Assembly: GCA_013265495.1 (NCBI GenBank)
Contig: MU057651.1
Location: 2,520,948 to 2,584,947 of the forward strand
Length of the DNA: 64,000 nt
Source of the DNA: Vicugna vicugna
Taxonomy: Eukaryota
Direction of reading: 5' to 3'
Shown: positions 11,176-23,863 of the stretch, piece after piece
Position numbering within the stretch: position 1 is the first letter of the stretch
Layout: every line of letters starts with the position of its first letter
Made by a program: the position numbers and the translations under genes
The notes under the pieces: model-generated
The model's database searches: none
The model's input: only the letters and a program-made list of their open reading frames with translations
What the model was told of the DNA's origin: nothing

Positions 11176-13679
11176 ACAGGAAAAGTGTTTTCTTTTCTCA
11201 TCACGTAATGCCGTGTAGGGGGCCCTGGTCGTCTGTGGCAGTGACATCCGTTCCATAAAGTCTGCGTGAACACTGAATTGGCAGACACGGGACCCTGCCT
11301 CCTGGGGGAATGCAAGGCCACGATCTTCTGTGTTCCTGGTCTCATTTTTATCAACCAATCAATGCATAATCTTTCTGTTACGTGTTCCTCCAAAAAGACA
11401 CTTTGTTTGAGACACAATCACTCATTCACCTTGAGCTCCCGGCCAACAGCACGACCGCTCAGGGTTGAAGGAACCTTGTCTAACATGTGCGTTTTCTCCC
11501 CAAGGCACATCCCAGCCTCCCTGCATGTAGGACCCCCCGGGATGCACTTCAGCAGAACACAAAACAGAACATTTTTTCATCCAGTTTCTCTCCCACAGGG
11601 AGGAAGCATGGGAACGCTAATTTCATCAGAAAATCAGCAACGCTGGGTTCGGGATCCTTTTTAAGCGCCGCCGGTCTGGCAGGCACTAATGACTTCATCT
11701 GACTTCGATTCACGAAGGTGCATTGTTTGCTCACACTTCGATCTCTTCTTTCATGAACTGCTCGCTCGCTGAATCCTCTTCTTCTCGGGTGTGAGATATT
11801 TTCTGGCTTAACTGCGAGAGCGCTAACAGAAGTCCTTCCACCCTATGTCCGTGATGTATTTTTCAGACACTTTCCTCCATTTCATTCGACCGAGTGTGGC
11901 TTAGCGTTTCATTCGGACCCATGAGAATTTTAATTTTTATGCAGCCGAATCTCAGAGTCTGTTTATGATTTGTTCCTCGTGCATGACCATTAGAGTTGCC
12001 CATCGGACTGAATATTAAGTGACCTCAGCTGGCCCGGCCGAGGGGCAGAACGTGAAACGCATGAACAAGACTCAGAGTGGGAGCCACGCAAAATTCAGAA
12101 AGGTCCTCGGGTTCTGGGAATATTAGCTGCTTCCTTTGAATGGGGCTCGAAGATGCACAAAATGAGATGCCTAAAGAAAAACTAAACTGAGATACACAGT
12201 TTAATAAACAGACGGACCTGCCTCCCAAAGCAATATTCTCGGTCAGATTGTAAGATAAGACCCCATTATTTTTATTGAATCACGCTCTCCTTTATTGACC
12301 AGTTCTTCGCCAGCAAGACCTTTGCAGAAGGCTCTTCGTGCAAAGCCACAGAGAATCCCGCGTTCATTTTAAAGCTGCTTGATATTCTGTGCAAATATTA
12401 GCTGGAGGGTGCAGACGATGATAAAGGCTAAGACGGATGACTTTCCAGGCCTTGTAACTTATCCTACGAACACCGTCTGTGGCCTGTGGGCTTCTCCAAG
12501 CAGAGGCTGAAACTCTCTCTGCTTTCTCGGGAGCAGTCACAGACCCTGGACCACAGGAAGCCCCTCCAATGTCTGCTGAGTGAGGCTGGAGTAAATGGAT
12601 GAGTGAATGAGCGGAAAATCTTTTCGCTCTCTAAAAATTTTATTTCTGAAGTACGTGATATCTGACTCCACCCGCTGCCTGTAAGACAAGCCACAGCGGC
12701 CAGCCCATCACACGTCTGCCACAAATGAGCCACAGGAGAGCGTCACAGCTCAGGGGTGACGGGCCCCTTCCCCCCAGAATCGTGCCCACCCTCACCCGAG
12801 CCTGTCAAGTCCAGTTCACGCTGAGCCTCTGACCCGGCGGGGGCAGAACTGACTTGGTTTCCCCAGTCTTGGCTCTGGAAGTTCACGCTGGATTTGGGCT
12901 TCCTTCCCCTCTGGTCCCAGTGGTCCCTGTTGTCCTAGCTGGAAACACCCCCTTCCTTGGACCACTAGAATCCTACCTTTGTCACAGCTGTTTGGCGTGA
13001 CCCTGACCCGGGCTCTGCATGGTGTTCCACTGGCAGTGGGGGTGGGGTGGGCCTCCGTGCAGACCGGACAGGACAGGGCAGGACAGGGCAGGACCAGCCA
13101 CGGCCACTGCCGGAGGGTCAGCGCACCCACCCATCCGGGAGGAAGGAGGACCAGGGCCAAGGTGCTCTGTGTCTGTCCGTGGTCCCGCCCATCAGTACAG
13201 ACCAGCTGTGCTCCTGTTTCAGACCCCGGAACACTGGACACTTCATTCAACGTTCCTGACTTTCCTTTTCTATCCAAATTAAAAAAAAAAAAAGTCTTTA
13301 CTTTTTTGACACCATTCCAGTACAAAAAAATCATGATTTATGTTTCAAAAATCACTTCTCTCTCCAGAACTGGGAAGCCTTGTCCCCCACTTTATTTTTT
13401 AACTTTGAACACATAGGTATAATGTAGGGCCCGAACTAACTGGCCTGATTCTCCCCTGAATTGACTGGTTTTTGGATGGAGGTTGTCCCTGTGAACACAG
13501 AAGCATGAATAAACTGAACAGGAGAAATGCTTCTAACCAAGACGGTAAGGAAGCGTCTAGCAATGAGCGTCTTCTAACAGTAAGAATGGCGGTCTGTTAA
13601 TGTGCCTCAAAAACACTCCTCTAAGATCTTTTGTGCCTGTTCAAACTCTAGGAGGAGTGTGGGATTACCCGACACACAC

Positions 13680-13860
13680 TACTGTATATAAAAGAGAGAA
13701 ACAATATGGACCTACTGTACAGCACAGGGAACTATATTCAGTTTTGTAATAACCTATCATGGAAAAGAATTTGAAAAGACAATATGTATGTGTAAGTGAA
13801 TCGCTTTGCTCTACCCCTGAAACTAGCATTGCAAATCAGCTACACTTCAATAAAAAATTA
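13680..13860 (+). mobile_element. LINE-1 3' end fragment
   Basis: gacctactgtacagcacagggaactatattca...ttgtaataacctat...tgaaacta..attgcaaatc..ctacacttcaataaaaaa. Confidence 0.8.
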
Positions 13861-13966
13861 GAATGCATTGTAAAAAAAAAGGACTCTAGTTAACAGTGAG
13901 TTATTTAGGACCCTTATGTTATTCAAATCAGCATTTTTTTGTCAGTGGCCATAAAGCAGATGAAGA

Positions 13967-14444
13967 CAGGTGGACGTTGGAGATATTTCGGCTTGGGTTC
14001 CAGCCCACCTCAATACAGAGAACATGCCAATAAAACAGGTCACACGCGACGTTTGGTTTTGCAATGCAAATAAAAGTTATGCTTACAGTCCACTGCAGCC
14101 CATTAAGTGTGCGACAGCATTACATCTAAAAAAAAAAGTATAAACCTTAATTTAAAAATACTTTTTTGCTAAAAATTGCCAACCATGGTCTGAGCCTTCT
14201 GCAAGTCGTAATCTTGTCGCAGTAGGAATATCAAAGATCGCTGACCACAGGTCACCACAACAAACAAAATAGTAACGAAGTGTAAAATACTGTGAGAATT
14301 ACCAAAATGTGACACAGAGACACAGACGGAGCAAACGCTGTGGGTAAACCGGCACCAGTAATTGCTCGATGCCAGGTCGGCCTGAAACTTCCACTTGTAA
14401 AAATCGAAAAAATTTGTGAAGTGCCGTAAAACGAGGCATGCCTG
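13967..14444 (+). mobile_element. Internally deleted Tigger1-type DNA transposon (TcMar-Tigger)
   Basis: 5' end cagg...ggagatatt..gggttccag.ccac and 3' end aaaacgaggcatgcctg followed by TA match recalled Tigger1 termini; about 480 bp. Confidence 0.8.
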
Positions 14445-14737
14445 TAATCAAAACCAGCCCGTGACAGGCCTGTTGGGGGGGGACAAGCAAGGGTCATGGC
14501 CACCACTTCTGGTCACCGTGGCACATCCTTTAAAAATAGCTCAGTGGTGGAGCGCGTGCTTAGCATGCACGGGGGTCTGGGGTCAATACCTCCAAACAAA
14601 CAAACAAACAAAAAACTTTGGAAAGAAAAGCAAGCAAGTGTGAAAATTCTTGCGTCAGTAATTGAGCATAAGTACCTCATTTTGTGGCTTTGGAACCAGC
14701 AGCAACTCGTTCATCTCCTTGCATGAACCATTTCACC

Positions 14738-14742
<5 letters not shown>

Positions 14743-14775
<33 letters not shown>

Positions 14776-14788
14776 AAATATATATATA
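14743..14788. repeat. (AT)n microsatellite
   Basis: Direct reading. Confidence 0.9.
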
Positions 14789-17700
14789 TTTTTTAATCAT
14801 CCTCCTGACAAATCAAAAGGCTGAGGCACAGAGAGGCAAAGTCCACAGCTAGACACACACTCTGACCCTTGACCCGGCCCTTCCCGGGTGCACTGGACTC
14901 AAACACAAGCAGGGCACAACCCCTGGAAAACGGCACAACCAAACCTCGAGATTAAAAACTTGAAAATCCAGCTTCTCTCTGAGCCTCCGGGACTGGTTTC
15001 CCTAAAGGTCGTTAGGCAACTCCCCTCCTTGAAACCCCGCTCATGGCAAACGGCAAAGAAGAGAAAATGAAGTTGCAACAGCTCTTCGCTGTATGGGATG
15101 CCCGCGGCCACGCCAACTGACCTCCGAGCCTCCACCTTCAATCTGTGAAAGGGTCATAACGCTAAGTGCTAGACAGACTTCTAGCCAGGGGACAGAATCA
15201 CGTAGGCGAGCCGCGGTCCCTGCCAGCATCCTAGGGGAGTTTGCTGTCCGGAGGGCAAATCCCACAAGGGCCCGAGTGGATGCGCAGTGGGTTCCAACTG
15301 GTCAGTGTTGGCCACCCGGTGGGTCTGGGTTAGCGGGGTTCCCTGCTACACTTTGCAAAACCGGATTCTGCAATCCTGCCGTTCTCCCTACTCCCCGACT
15401 CCCAGCAGCCTCGGGGAGCAGAAAGAACACAATTGAAAAGGTCATAGCATGTGACATGCTGTGCAGCTGCTGGCAGACCCCGTGGCTTCTCGAGTGTGTT
15501 TCCCCGCTTGCAACGGGGCAGGTGGAGGCTGCAGGCAGGAGGCACTCAGGACGTGAACGCTGGGGCTGGGGTTTGTGGTCCCTGATGTCAGGGAAGAAGC
15601 AGGCCGGGTCATCATCAGGTCAAAGGGAGCAAGAGAGCAACGGGCAGGGAGGGGGTTCCTACCCTGGACACACATCAACCCGCAGGGGAAACCCTCCCTC
15701 CTCTGACGTGGCAGGAGGGACCTTTGCATCCCAGTTTCTGATTCGGTCCCATTGATGTAAAATCAGGGCTGCCCCCATCCTGGTATTTTCCTGGCCGACC
15801 TTTCTTTATGGGAGGAAACCATATAGAAACTGGGAGCATCATTTTCCAGCCGGGTCCCATGGGAAGACACTGCCTTTTCCGCTCGCATCCCTGCCAACGT
15901 CTCGTGACGTCGCACACAACCGCCAAGGAATCCACACCTTGAGCCCGAAGCAGAGACGCGTCAGCAACACTCAGCCAGCTGATGTCATCGCAGTTGTCAT
16001 CAGGATACGCGTAGCCTTTCGTTGGCCTCTTATCAACCGATTTCTCTAATAACCTGAGTACAGCAGGCATGACTACGTCACAGACGTAACCTCGTCAGCC
16101 CCCGCCAGGCAGGTTTCACAAGGTCTCTCCAGAAAAGCCAGGATGATGCAAAAATGTCGCCCCCCTCCGTCAGAGCCCCAGCACCCCCATCTTTGCTAAC
16201 TCTGATCATTCATTCCCATTTTAAATTTAAGCCTGGAAGAAGGTACAGATTCATCACTGCCACTCCTGTGTTTGCTCTTCTGAAAAAGGTATGTGAGACC
16301 CATTAGTGATTTAGATTTGAACTCCCTGCTCTGCTTCCATGTTATGTTGGCGTCAGACCGAGAGAAGCTTCCTGAGACAGAGGCCCCCCTTTAATTTTTT
16401 TCCCTTATTTTTTTCCCTCTGTTCTTTCCTCCCTTTCTCTCATTCTCCTGAAGTCACGTTAACAGTCCTCAAAAGGTCGAAGCCATCTGCCTCTTCCATG
16501 GACGTGAGGCTGTTACGTGACGCTCTGGTCGGCTGCCAGTCTCCACAACAGCCAGCACCCCCGGCCACACCACGTATTGATTTAACAGCTTGTGCAAACA
16601 CACGGCACCTGCCGGGGCGGGCCCAGGCGGGGGGCCGTGGGGCATGCTCTAGGGGGCCTCCATCTTTTGCCTACTTTAGTTCAGCAGCAGACACGACTGC
16701 TCCATCCATGGTGACTCCTTCATTCCTCCCTGGGCAGGGCTGCAGTCCTGTCCCTGGCGTTGCTGAGGAGCTCCCATCTGCGGCTCAAATCCTGAAAACG
16801 TGGTATGGATGCCACACCCTCTCGTCCAAGAAACCAGAGGAATCGGTCCTTCTGAGCCGTGTGTCATTAATTCTGTCAACAACCCCGAAGGGGAGTATTG
16901 TTACTGCCATTTCATCAAGTCTCCCAGGGGCTAGTGCCCCACCCAGGGCCGCAGATCAGTAACGGGGGCAGCGGTGCTGGCCTTTCTGATTCTCATGCTG
17001 CCTCCTCCCTGGCCCCTGTGGCCGGGTGTCCATGCCCACCTGCGCTGTCGGCAGCCCCTGAACCCCTGCCCTCGGGAGGCCTGGGGTGTCAGGGCCCACA
17101 GTCCCCAACAGGACCCCTGCCTGGGCTGGGAGGCGGCTCCTGCCACCCAAAGTGTGGTCGGGGTCCTGCCCGTTCATCACACACAGGACAAGATGTTCCA
17201 GGTGGGAGCGTGGGGCCCCCACCTGGGCCGGTCCTGATGCCAATGGAAACAGGCAGACGGGGAGCAACCTGCAGCCTCTCTGCACCCCAGGAAGAGCGCA
17301 CCTTCCCCAGCTCCCCCAAACCTTGACAGGCGCCGAGCGGTCCCTGAGCACGGGGGCCCCCCAGGGTAAGCCCCTCACCTCTGCGCTCTCAGCCTTCATG
17401 GCAGCTCTGCTAAGGGGCCAAATTATCCTCACGCTGAAGATGAGGAAATGGGCCTGGGGAGCCGGGCGGCTGGTCTGAGCCACACAGCTCACAAGCAGTT
17501 CCACACGTAGCTCTGCGCTCTCAGAAGAGCAGACCTGTCCCCTCTGGCCTGCGGTCCCCCACGCCCGTTGCTTACAGGGAACCTAGCCACACGGACAACA
17601 CAGCAGGATTTCAGCCTTTCTTCCGAGGCCGTGCGCCTCCCCCCTCTCCCTCCATCCTCCTCCAGAAATCCCTCAGGGCCCTGGAGAAACTTGAGGACCA

Positions 17701-18806
17701 CACGTCTAAAGCACTGATGGAGTCCAATTCTCCTGGAGCCTCTCCCCAGACTCAGATGGGGAGTATGGAGCAAAACCTTCAGAAGAATAAGCCTCTTGAA
17801 GAAGACAGAGCAGGGGAATAAACCCCCCAGCTATTTATCCGAATTTGTGGAGGATGAAGGGGGCTTTGCTTTATTTTATTTTAATTATTTCCTTCTAACT
17901 GGCTGTGCAGAGCAGTCCACCTGCCATGTGCCCGGGAGACACGGGAGAGGCTGCTGTGAAAGCCCTGATTTTTTTTTTTTCTCTTTCAGAAACATCCAGA
18001 CACTTTTCCTCTTCCCTATGTCTTAATTGTACCAGGATGACCGCTGTCCGCGCCAGCTTTGACGCTGCAATTGTCCATTTTGGTTTTGGTTCAGTTTCAG
18101 AAGGAAAATGCTGATTTCACTGAGCAATCACCTGGAAAGTCCTAACTCTTGGAACCTTTAAGAGAAACAACATATCCTGGGCAGGGGGAGCCCTCGTTTC
18201 GATCCCCTCCCACCTTCCCACCTGCAATGTACCTGCTTGTTCATAATACGGTTCCTCTTATTGACACGGACTGTAGGCTCAGCCCTCACAAACGTCAGAC
18301 CCAATGTTTACACCTGCCATGAGGGAGGGAGCTGCTGGCTGTCCTTCACAGCAGAGGACACAGAGGGGTCCACCTGGTCTGCAGACACGTCTCTTCCCAC
18401 CCGCCTCCCGGCCTCTGTGGGCTCCAGACGCACCAGGAACCAGCCTGGAAAATCGTTTCCACTCGCTCTGTTATGTTGCTATTAATGGCTCCGAGGACGA
18501 GAGCTAAAAAAAAAAAAAAAATCAGAAGTTTCTGATTCTTTGCTGGACTTGTGGCTTAGAGGGGACACCCACAAAGGCAGGGGACTTCAGTTGGCTCCTG
18601 TTTTCTCAAAAAGTTCCTACAGCCTGTTCCAGCAGCGCACAGCTGGATGCATGCCCGCCCAGCCGGCCAGAGCAAATCAATCCAGCTGGAATCAACAGGC
18701 AAATCTCCTGTCCCCGGGGTCCCTGAACCGGAAGGACCCGGCCGCCAGGAGCTGGCTTCTCCGGTGGGTCTGGTCCCCCAGGCTCCCAGGACAAAGCGGT
18801 ACTCAC

Positions 18807-18856
18807 AGGCAGCCCGAGCTGCTGGATCCTGTCTCCTCTCCCCTCGGCGACAGTTA
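18807..18856 (-). other. DDC: DDC neuronal-type non-coding first exon (5' end approximate)
   Basis: Minus strand reads ...actgtcgccgaggggagaggagacaggatccagcagctcgggctgcct|gtgagt. It resembles the recalled human neuronal DDC 5'UTR ending ...cccggctgcct, has a strong donor, and lies ~30 nt downstream of a TATA-like box. Confidence 0.8.
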
Positions 18857-18920
18857 AAAGGCACAGAGGATGAGAGCCATTTATGTAGACAGTGTCCGCC
18901 TCCCCAAAGCCAATCAGAGC
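18857..18920 (-). promoter_or_regulatory. DDC: DDC neuronal core promoter: TACATAAAT TATA-like box (18887-18879) and CCAAT/ATTGG box (18910-18914)
   Basis: Motifs read directly at canonical spacing upstream of the exon. An NF-Y CCAAT box and TATA-like element are recalled features of the AADC neuronal promoter. Confidence 0.75.
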
Positions 18921-19909
18921 GGCTCCCTCTGCCGACTTCCCTGGCAGCGTCTCCCACCTCCCGCCCTCCTGCTCCCCACCCCACAGGACGTGGGGGGTGG
19001 GGGCAGAGCAGGACAGGGTCAGCGGGGCCTGCGGGGCGAGGGTGCAAGCGGACCAGGAAAGGGGGCCCTGTGTCCCAGGGCCCTGTGCGGGGCCCAGGCT
19101 GGGGCCAGATCTCCTGGGGACTCTCCGGACCACCTCTGGGCAGCCACAGGCTCCCTCGCTCTTTCAAGGGGCTAAGACGGGCCCTGCCCTGCACAGCGTT
19201 GGGCTGGGCGGGAAACACTACACCTGCTCCTTTTTCCCTCCCGAGGGTGAGGGGGCGGTGAGGACCCGTGGTGCATGGAGCTGACCTGGGGACCCACGGT
19301 GCAGGGGGGCTGACTTGCCGGACAGGAGGCTCCCAGGGTCCAGCCCCTTAACCCAGATCAGAGAGAGAAGCGAAGGCAGGTAAGGACATGAACCCAGGCT
19401 CTTCTGATTCCAGGTCTTGCTCTTTGACCCCTGAAGCCTGCCAGCATTCAAAACGCGGGCTTCCTCAAAAGCCCTGATCAGTGCCTCCTGGGGCAGGTGC
19501 CTGTCTCCCTTCAGGTGAGCCCAGAGCCCAGAACCTGCAAAGGGGGGCCTAGGCGGGCTCCCCTGAGGCCCGGAGAAGCACGCGGGTTCCTCTGCTCCTG
19601 CCACACTCCCGCACACCCCTGCACACATCCATGCACGCACACACACACACGCCGCGCGCACACGTGCACACACCACCCACACGCACCAGACACATACATG
19701 TGCACACACCATCATAAACATATACGTGTACACACACACACACACACACAATGCACTTCCAGGGCCTGGGGAGAAGTCAGGAGCTGGGGACCCCCCAGAG
19801 AGAGCCATTCACCCCGGGCTTAATTAAGCGGCATCTGTTGAAAGGAGCATCTGCCCTCTTGGACAGAGCTGGCCCTGGGCGAGGCCTCCAGGAGCTGGGG
19901 TTGCGCTGG

Positions 19910-20900
19910 GGAAGGTGGGCGGGGCCCGGGCAGGTGGGCGGGGCCGGCGGGGACCCGGGCAGGCGGATGGGGACAGGGAAGGTGGGCGGGGCCTGTGAGG
20001 AGGGCGGGGCCCGGGCAGGAGGGCGGGGCCGGCGAGGAGCCGGGCAGGCAGATGGGAACAGGGGAGGTGGGCGGGGCCTGTGAGGAGGGCGGGGACTGGG
20101 GAGGNNNNNNNNNNNNNNNNNNNNNNNNNNNNNNNNNNNNNNNNNNNNNNNNNNNNNNNNNNNNNNNNNNNNNNNNNNNNNNNNNNNNNNNNNNNNNNNN
20201 NNNNNNNNNNNNNNNNNNNNNNNNNNNNNNNNNNNNNNNNNNNNNNNNNNNNNNNNNNNNNNNNNNNNNNNNNNNNNNNNNNNNNNNNNNNNNNNNNNNN
20301 NNNNNNNNNNNNNNNNNNNNNNNNNNNNNNNNNNNNNNNNNNNNNNNNNNNNNNNNNNNNNNNNNNNNNNNNNNNNNNNNNNNNNNNNNNNNNNNNNNNN
20401 NNNNNNNNNNNNNNNNNNNNNNNNNNNNNNNNNNNNNNNNNNNNNNNNNNNNNNNNNNNNNNNNNNNNNNNNNNNNNNNNNNNNNNNNNNNNNNNNNNNN
20501 NNNNNNNNNNNNNNNNNNNNNNNNNNNNNGGGGTGGGCAGCGCGCAGCTCCCTCCCTCCTCCCTCCCTCCCTCTGCACCGGGGGCCGCTGCCCGCAGGCC
20601 GGTGCAGGGATCCGGGCCGTTTGCAGGGGGTGGGATCGCGCTCCGAACCAGCTCGCAGGGGAGCCGCCCGAGGGCCGCTCACCCCCCAGCGCCGCGCAGA
20701 GGGCAGGGAAGGGAGGGCGGCACGCTGCACGCGACTGGCCGGGAGCGCGCGGGCCCGGCGGGGTGGCTGGGCGCGGGGCTCCAGCCGGACGCCTTGCCCC
20801 TCTGCGCGGGGGGGCCCGTCTCCCAGCGCCCGGCCCGGCCCGGCCCGGCCCGGCGGCGGCGCAGACCCTTGGTAAACCCTGCATGATACGCGGAGGCTAC
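19910..20900. other. GC/CpG-rich island with GC-box repeats, containing assembly gap N 20105-20529
   Basis: About seven GGCGGGG boxes in 19916-20095, an 85-bp-period direct repeat, and dense CpG and (CCCGG)n after the gap. Confidence 0.75.
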
Positions 20901-21851
20901 GCACACACGGGGCTGCAGGTGTCATGGGGGGCTGACACCCCTCTGGGCGAGGGGGCCCGTGAGAATGAAATCTAACAGTTCAGAAAGAGTTACTGTGATC
21001 TCGTCAGCATTTACGCAGGGCCCATTACAGACATGTTTACAGAGAATCATTCAGTCCCTCACAACCACCGTCACAAGCAGGTATTGTCATCTTCCTCAAC
21101 GTACAGACAAGGAAGCAGAGGCCCAGAGAGGTTAGGAAGTCAGCCCAAGGTCACACAGCTAGCTGGCTCTCATTCAGAGCACTCCCTGGTGTACTTGCTG
21201 GGTGGTATTCCAGGATGGGAGGCAGATCACGAAAGAATAAACAGACAGAAATTCACGGTTAATTATGACCAGAGCTGCAAAGCAAAGTGCGTGAAGAGGG
21301 CACAGCCCAGAGAGGAGGCTCGCAGCGCTGGACCTGACTGCACTTGGAGGGGACGCCAAGGCACTGACGGGTTTGGGGCAGAGCACTGACATGCCTAAGG
21401 GATTAAAAGTCGCTCCAGCTGCTGCTTGGAGAATAAAATGCAGGGGAGAAAATAGACAGACTTCACAATTATGAAAGAGATGGGGGAAAAAATAATAAGG
21501 AGGTAGAAACAAAATGCTGTGAAGTGGTCTTTTGAAGATGCAGCTCAGGGCTAAGACATCCAGCTGCAGCTTGGGCTCGAGCCTGCCTTCCTGACCTGCT
21601 GTAACGTGGGCTGCCTGCTTCCCCATCCTCAGGGGCAGGATGGTAGGAACGGACCTAAGGAAAGCTCACAAAAGATGTGCAACATTTTCATGGAGAGAGT
21701 TTGAAAGCTTACGTACGGGAGGACGTCAAAGGAGACCCAAATCAATGAAATAAATGCTCGTCCATGGATAAGAACACTCCATATTGTGAATAGTTCCATT
21801 TTACTCAAATTGATGAACAAATTCAATGCCACTTTCATCAAAATCCCCATT

Positions 21852-21973
21852 GAGGGGTGGGGGTGTATAGCTTAGTGGCAGGGTGCATGCTTGGCATGCA
21901 CGAGGTTCTGAGTTCAAGCCCCACTGGCTCTGTTAAGGGGAAAAAGTAAAAAATAAAATAAAATAAATTTTTA
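21852..21973 (+). mobile_element. tRNA-derived SINE (camelid vic-1-like) inserted in an older L1 fragment
   Basis: ggggtgtatagcttagtgg...gagttcaagcccc; exact TSD aaaatccccat at 21840-21850 and 21974-21984. Confidence 0.85.
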
Positions 21974-22267
21974 AAAATCCCCATATAGAGAGAAAGAAAC
22001 AGGAGCCCAGGGGATGCGGTGCCCCAAACTGCATTGGTGGCAAACTTGACTGTTTGTGGAATCCACACCTGTCCTGTGCTTGCCTCTGAGACGAGGAGCC
22101 TGCAGCGCCTGCAGCCTGACAGACGGCATTTGGCTTCTAAAGGTCTCCAGTCCCCAAGCGAGTTTTGACCTTTGCGCCAGCATCCAGCCCTGCGGCAGCC
22201 GAGTCAGGGTACAGGGGCTGCCATTACCAACAATCACGACCTGATTAAGAATAAAACCGGGACTTAC

Positions 22268-22390
22268 TTGCTGGGAGTTCCAGCTCCTCTGGGCCTCGGC
22301 TCCTTTCCGGGACGGGGGAGAGCAGGGCCAAGCAGGGGGAGGCGTTGCTTTAATCAAGTCACTCTCAGGGCTTCACATCTGCGCGTTTCC
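22268..22390 (-). other. DDC: Putative DDC non-neuronal (liver/kidney) non-coding first exon; TSS uncertain (about 22320-22390)
   Basis: Strong donor cccagcaa|gtaagt at 22268/22267, downstream of a near-consensus HNF1 site, ~3.5 kb upstream of the neuronal exon. This matches the known order of AADC first exons. Confidence 0.65.
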
Positions 22391-22419
22391 CTGAGCTCGC
22401 ATGTTCAGCCTCACATGCT

Positions 22420-22434
22420 GGTTAAACATTAATT
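22420..22434. promoter_or_regulatory. DDC: HNF1 binding site (GGTTAAACATTAATT) of the DDC non-neuronal promoter
   Basis: Close match to the HNF1 palindrome GTTAATNATTAAC; HNF1 is the established activator of the non-neuronal AADC promoter. Confidence 0.7.
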
Positions 22435-23575
22435 TCTTTGGTGACAAAGGTCGGGAAATCTTGAGAAACCTAGAGGGAGACACTCATCTCTGGGGTGCCC
22501 GGGAAATCTCGTTCTGGACAGCTTGTATGTTTCAGTCCAAACCCTGGCAGCATGAATTTTTCTTACTACCATCTGTACCCCCCAACAGCCCCAGTTTCAG
22601 TTTTTCAGCCCTGGTGGGTCATCTGGTGAACTCCAGCCTGCACCATGGGAAGCCTGCCTTGCAGACATTCTCCTGCCCCTCCAGGGAGCCCCCAGGCAGA
22701 GCCTGCAGGTCCCAGCCCCTCCACCCCTGCCCCCCGACCCCTGGAAAGGCTAGTGAGGATGTGTGGGGCCATCCTGTGCATGGGATCCGCACAAATGTCT
22801 AGAGAACACAAAGTAGACTGAATTTTATCTGAGCGTAAAGCGAGGCTGGGGGCGATGAGGGGAACTTGCCCCGGGGGAGTCCGCAGGGAGGTGGGGAGCT
22901 GGAGGTCCTGCTAAACCTGCTCCGAGCTTGGGGCCGGCAGGTGCAGAGAGCAGAGTGGGCGGGAGGCTGTGTCTGGGCAGTTCATTAAAGGACCGGCTGC
23001 AAGGCGGGGAGGACAGGGTGGCTGTGACCAGAGGGATTTGTCACCAGCGTGATGTGGGGACCGGTTCTCTGTGTTCTGCCTCGGAGCAGGGGTAGCCCGG
23101 GGCTGGAGGGGGGGTAACTGGAAGTCACTGTCAGTGCCGGAACCCAGGACAAGGAGGGTGTCGTTGAGGATACGCTGACCTCCACAGGAGCTACCGGAGG
23201 AACGAAAGGAGAGGAGGGATGGGGGGGTCAGCTCCACGGTGACACCTACTTTGGTGGAACAGCATTTGCGAGGTCAGAAAGCACGGGGTGCATTCCAGGT
23301 CCGGAAAGAAGGCCAGCTCCCCAGGACCACACGAAGCGGGGGACATGTTACATCATCTGTATCCCCTCCAGCTGCATTGGGGCCACTGAAAGGGTCCAAG
23401 AAAACTTTGCCCTTAATTTACCAATGCCTTAATCACGATCACGCTGGCTCTTGTGTGCGAAACGGACCAGAGAGTAATGAGAGTAAAATTATCTTCATTC
23501 TCTGGTTCGGAGGAAACCATGGAACGTGGTGAGAGTTCAGGATGGGAGACAAGATGAGGAGGAGTGGTAGGATTT

Positions 23576-23863
23576 CGTATATGTGTATGTGCACATCGGT
23601 GTGCGTGTGCATGCACGCACTGCGTGTCACGTGTGTGCATGCATGTGCACATATGTGTGCATCTGCATGCATGCACTGTATGTACATGCATGTACACATG
23701 CGAGTGTATGGGTGCATATGCGTGTATGTGCACACATGCATCATGTGCACTGTGCTGGGTGCATTGTGTGCATGCATATGTGCGTGCACACGTGCATGTG
23801 TTGTGGGTGCACTGTATGTGTGTGCATGTGTGCGTGTATGGTGTGTGTACATGTGTGCATGTG
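23576..23863. repeat. Degenerate alternating purine-pyrimidine tract (GT/GCAT/GCAC)
   Basis: About 290 bp of near-continuous RY alternation read directly. Confidence 0.9.

Larger units (their letters stand above)
1..22390 (-). other. DDC: DDC gene, 5' part (two alternative first exons plus first three coding exons); continues beyond window start
   Basis: Spliced exons translate to [25 protein letters not shown]...[20 protein letters not shown]...[22 protein letters not shown]...GGGVIQ, the N-terminus of dopa decarboxylase. Position next to GRB10 matches known mammalian synteny. Confidence 0.97.

Noticed and set aside
19777..20975. Long ORFs of 268-382 aa (also 49166-50016)
   Set aside because: They are open only because they run through N gaps.
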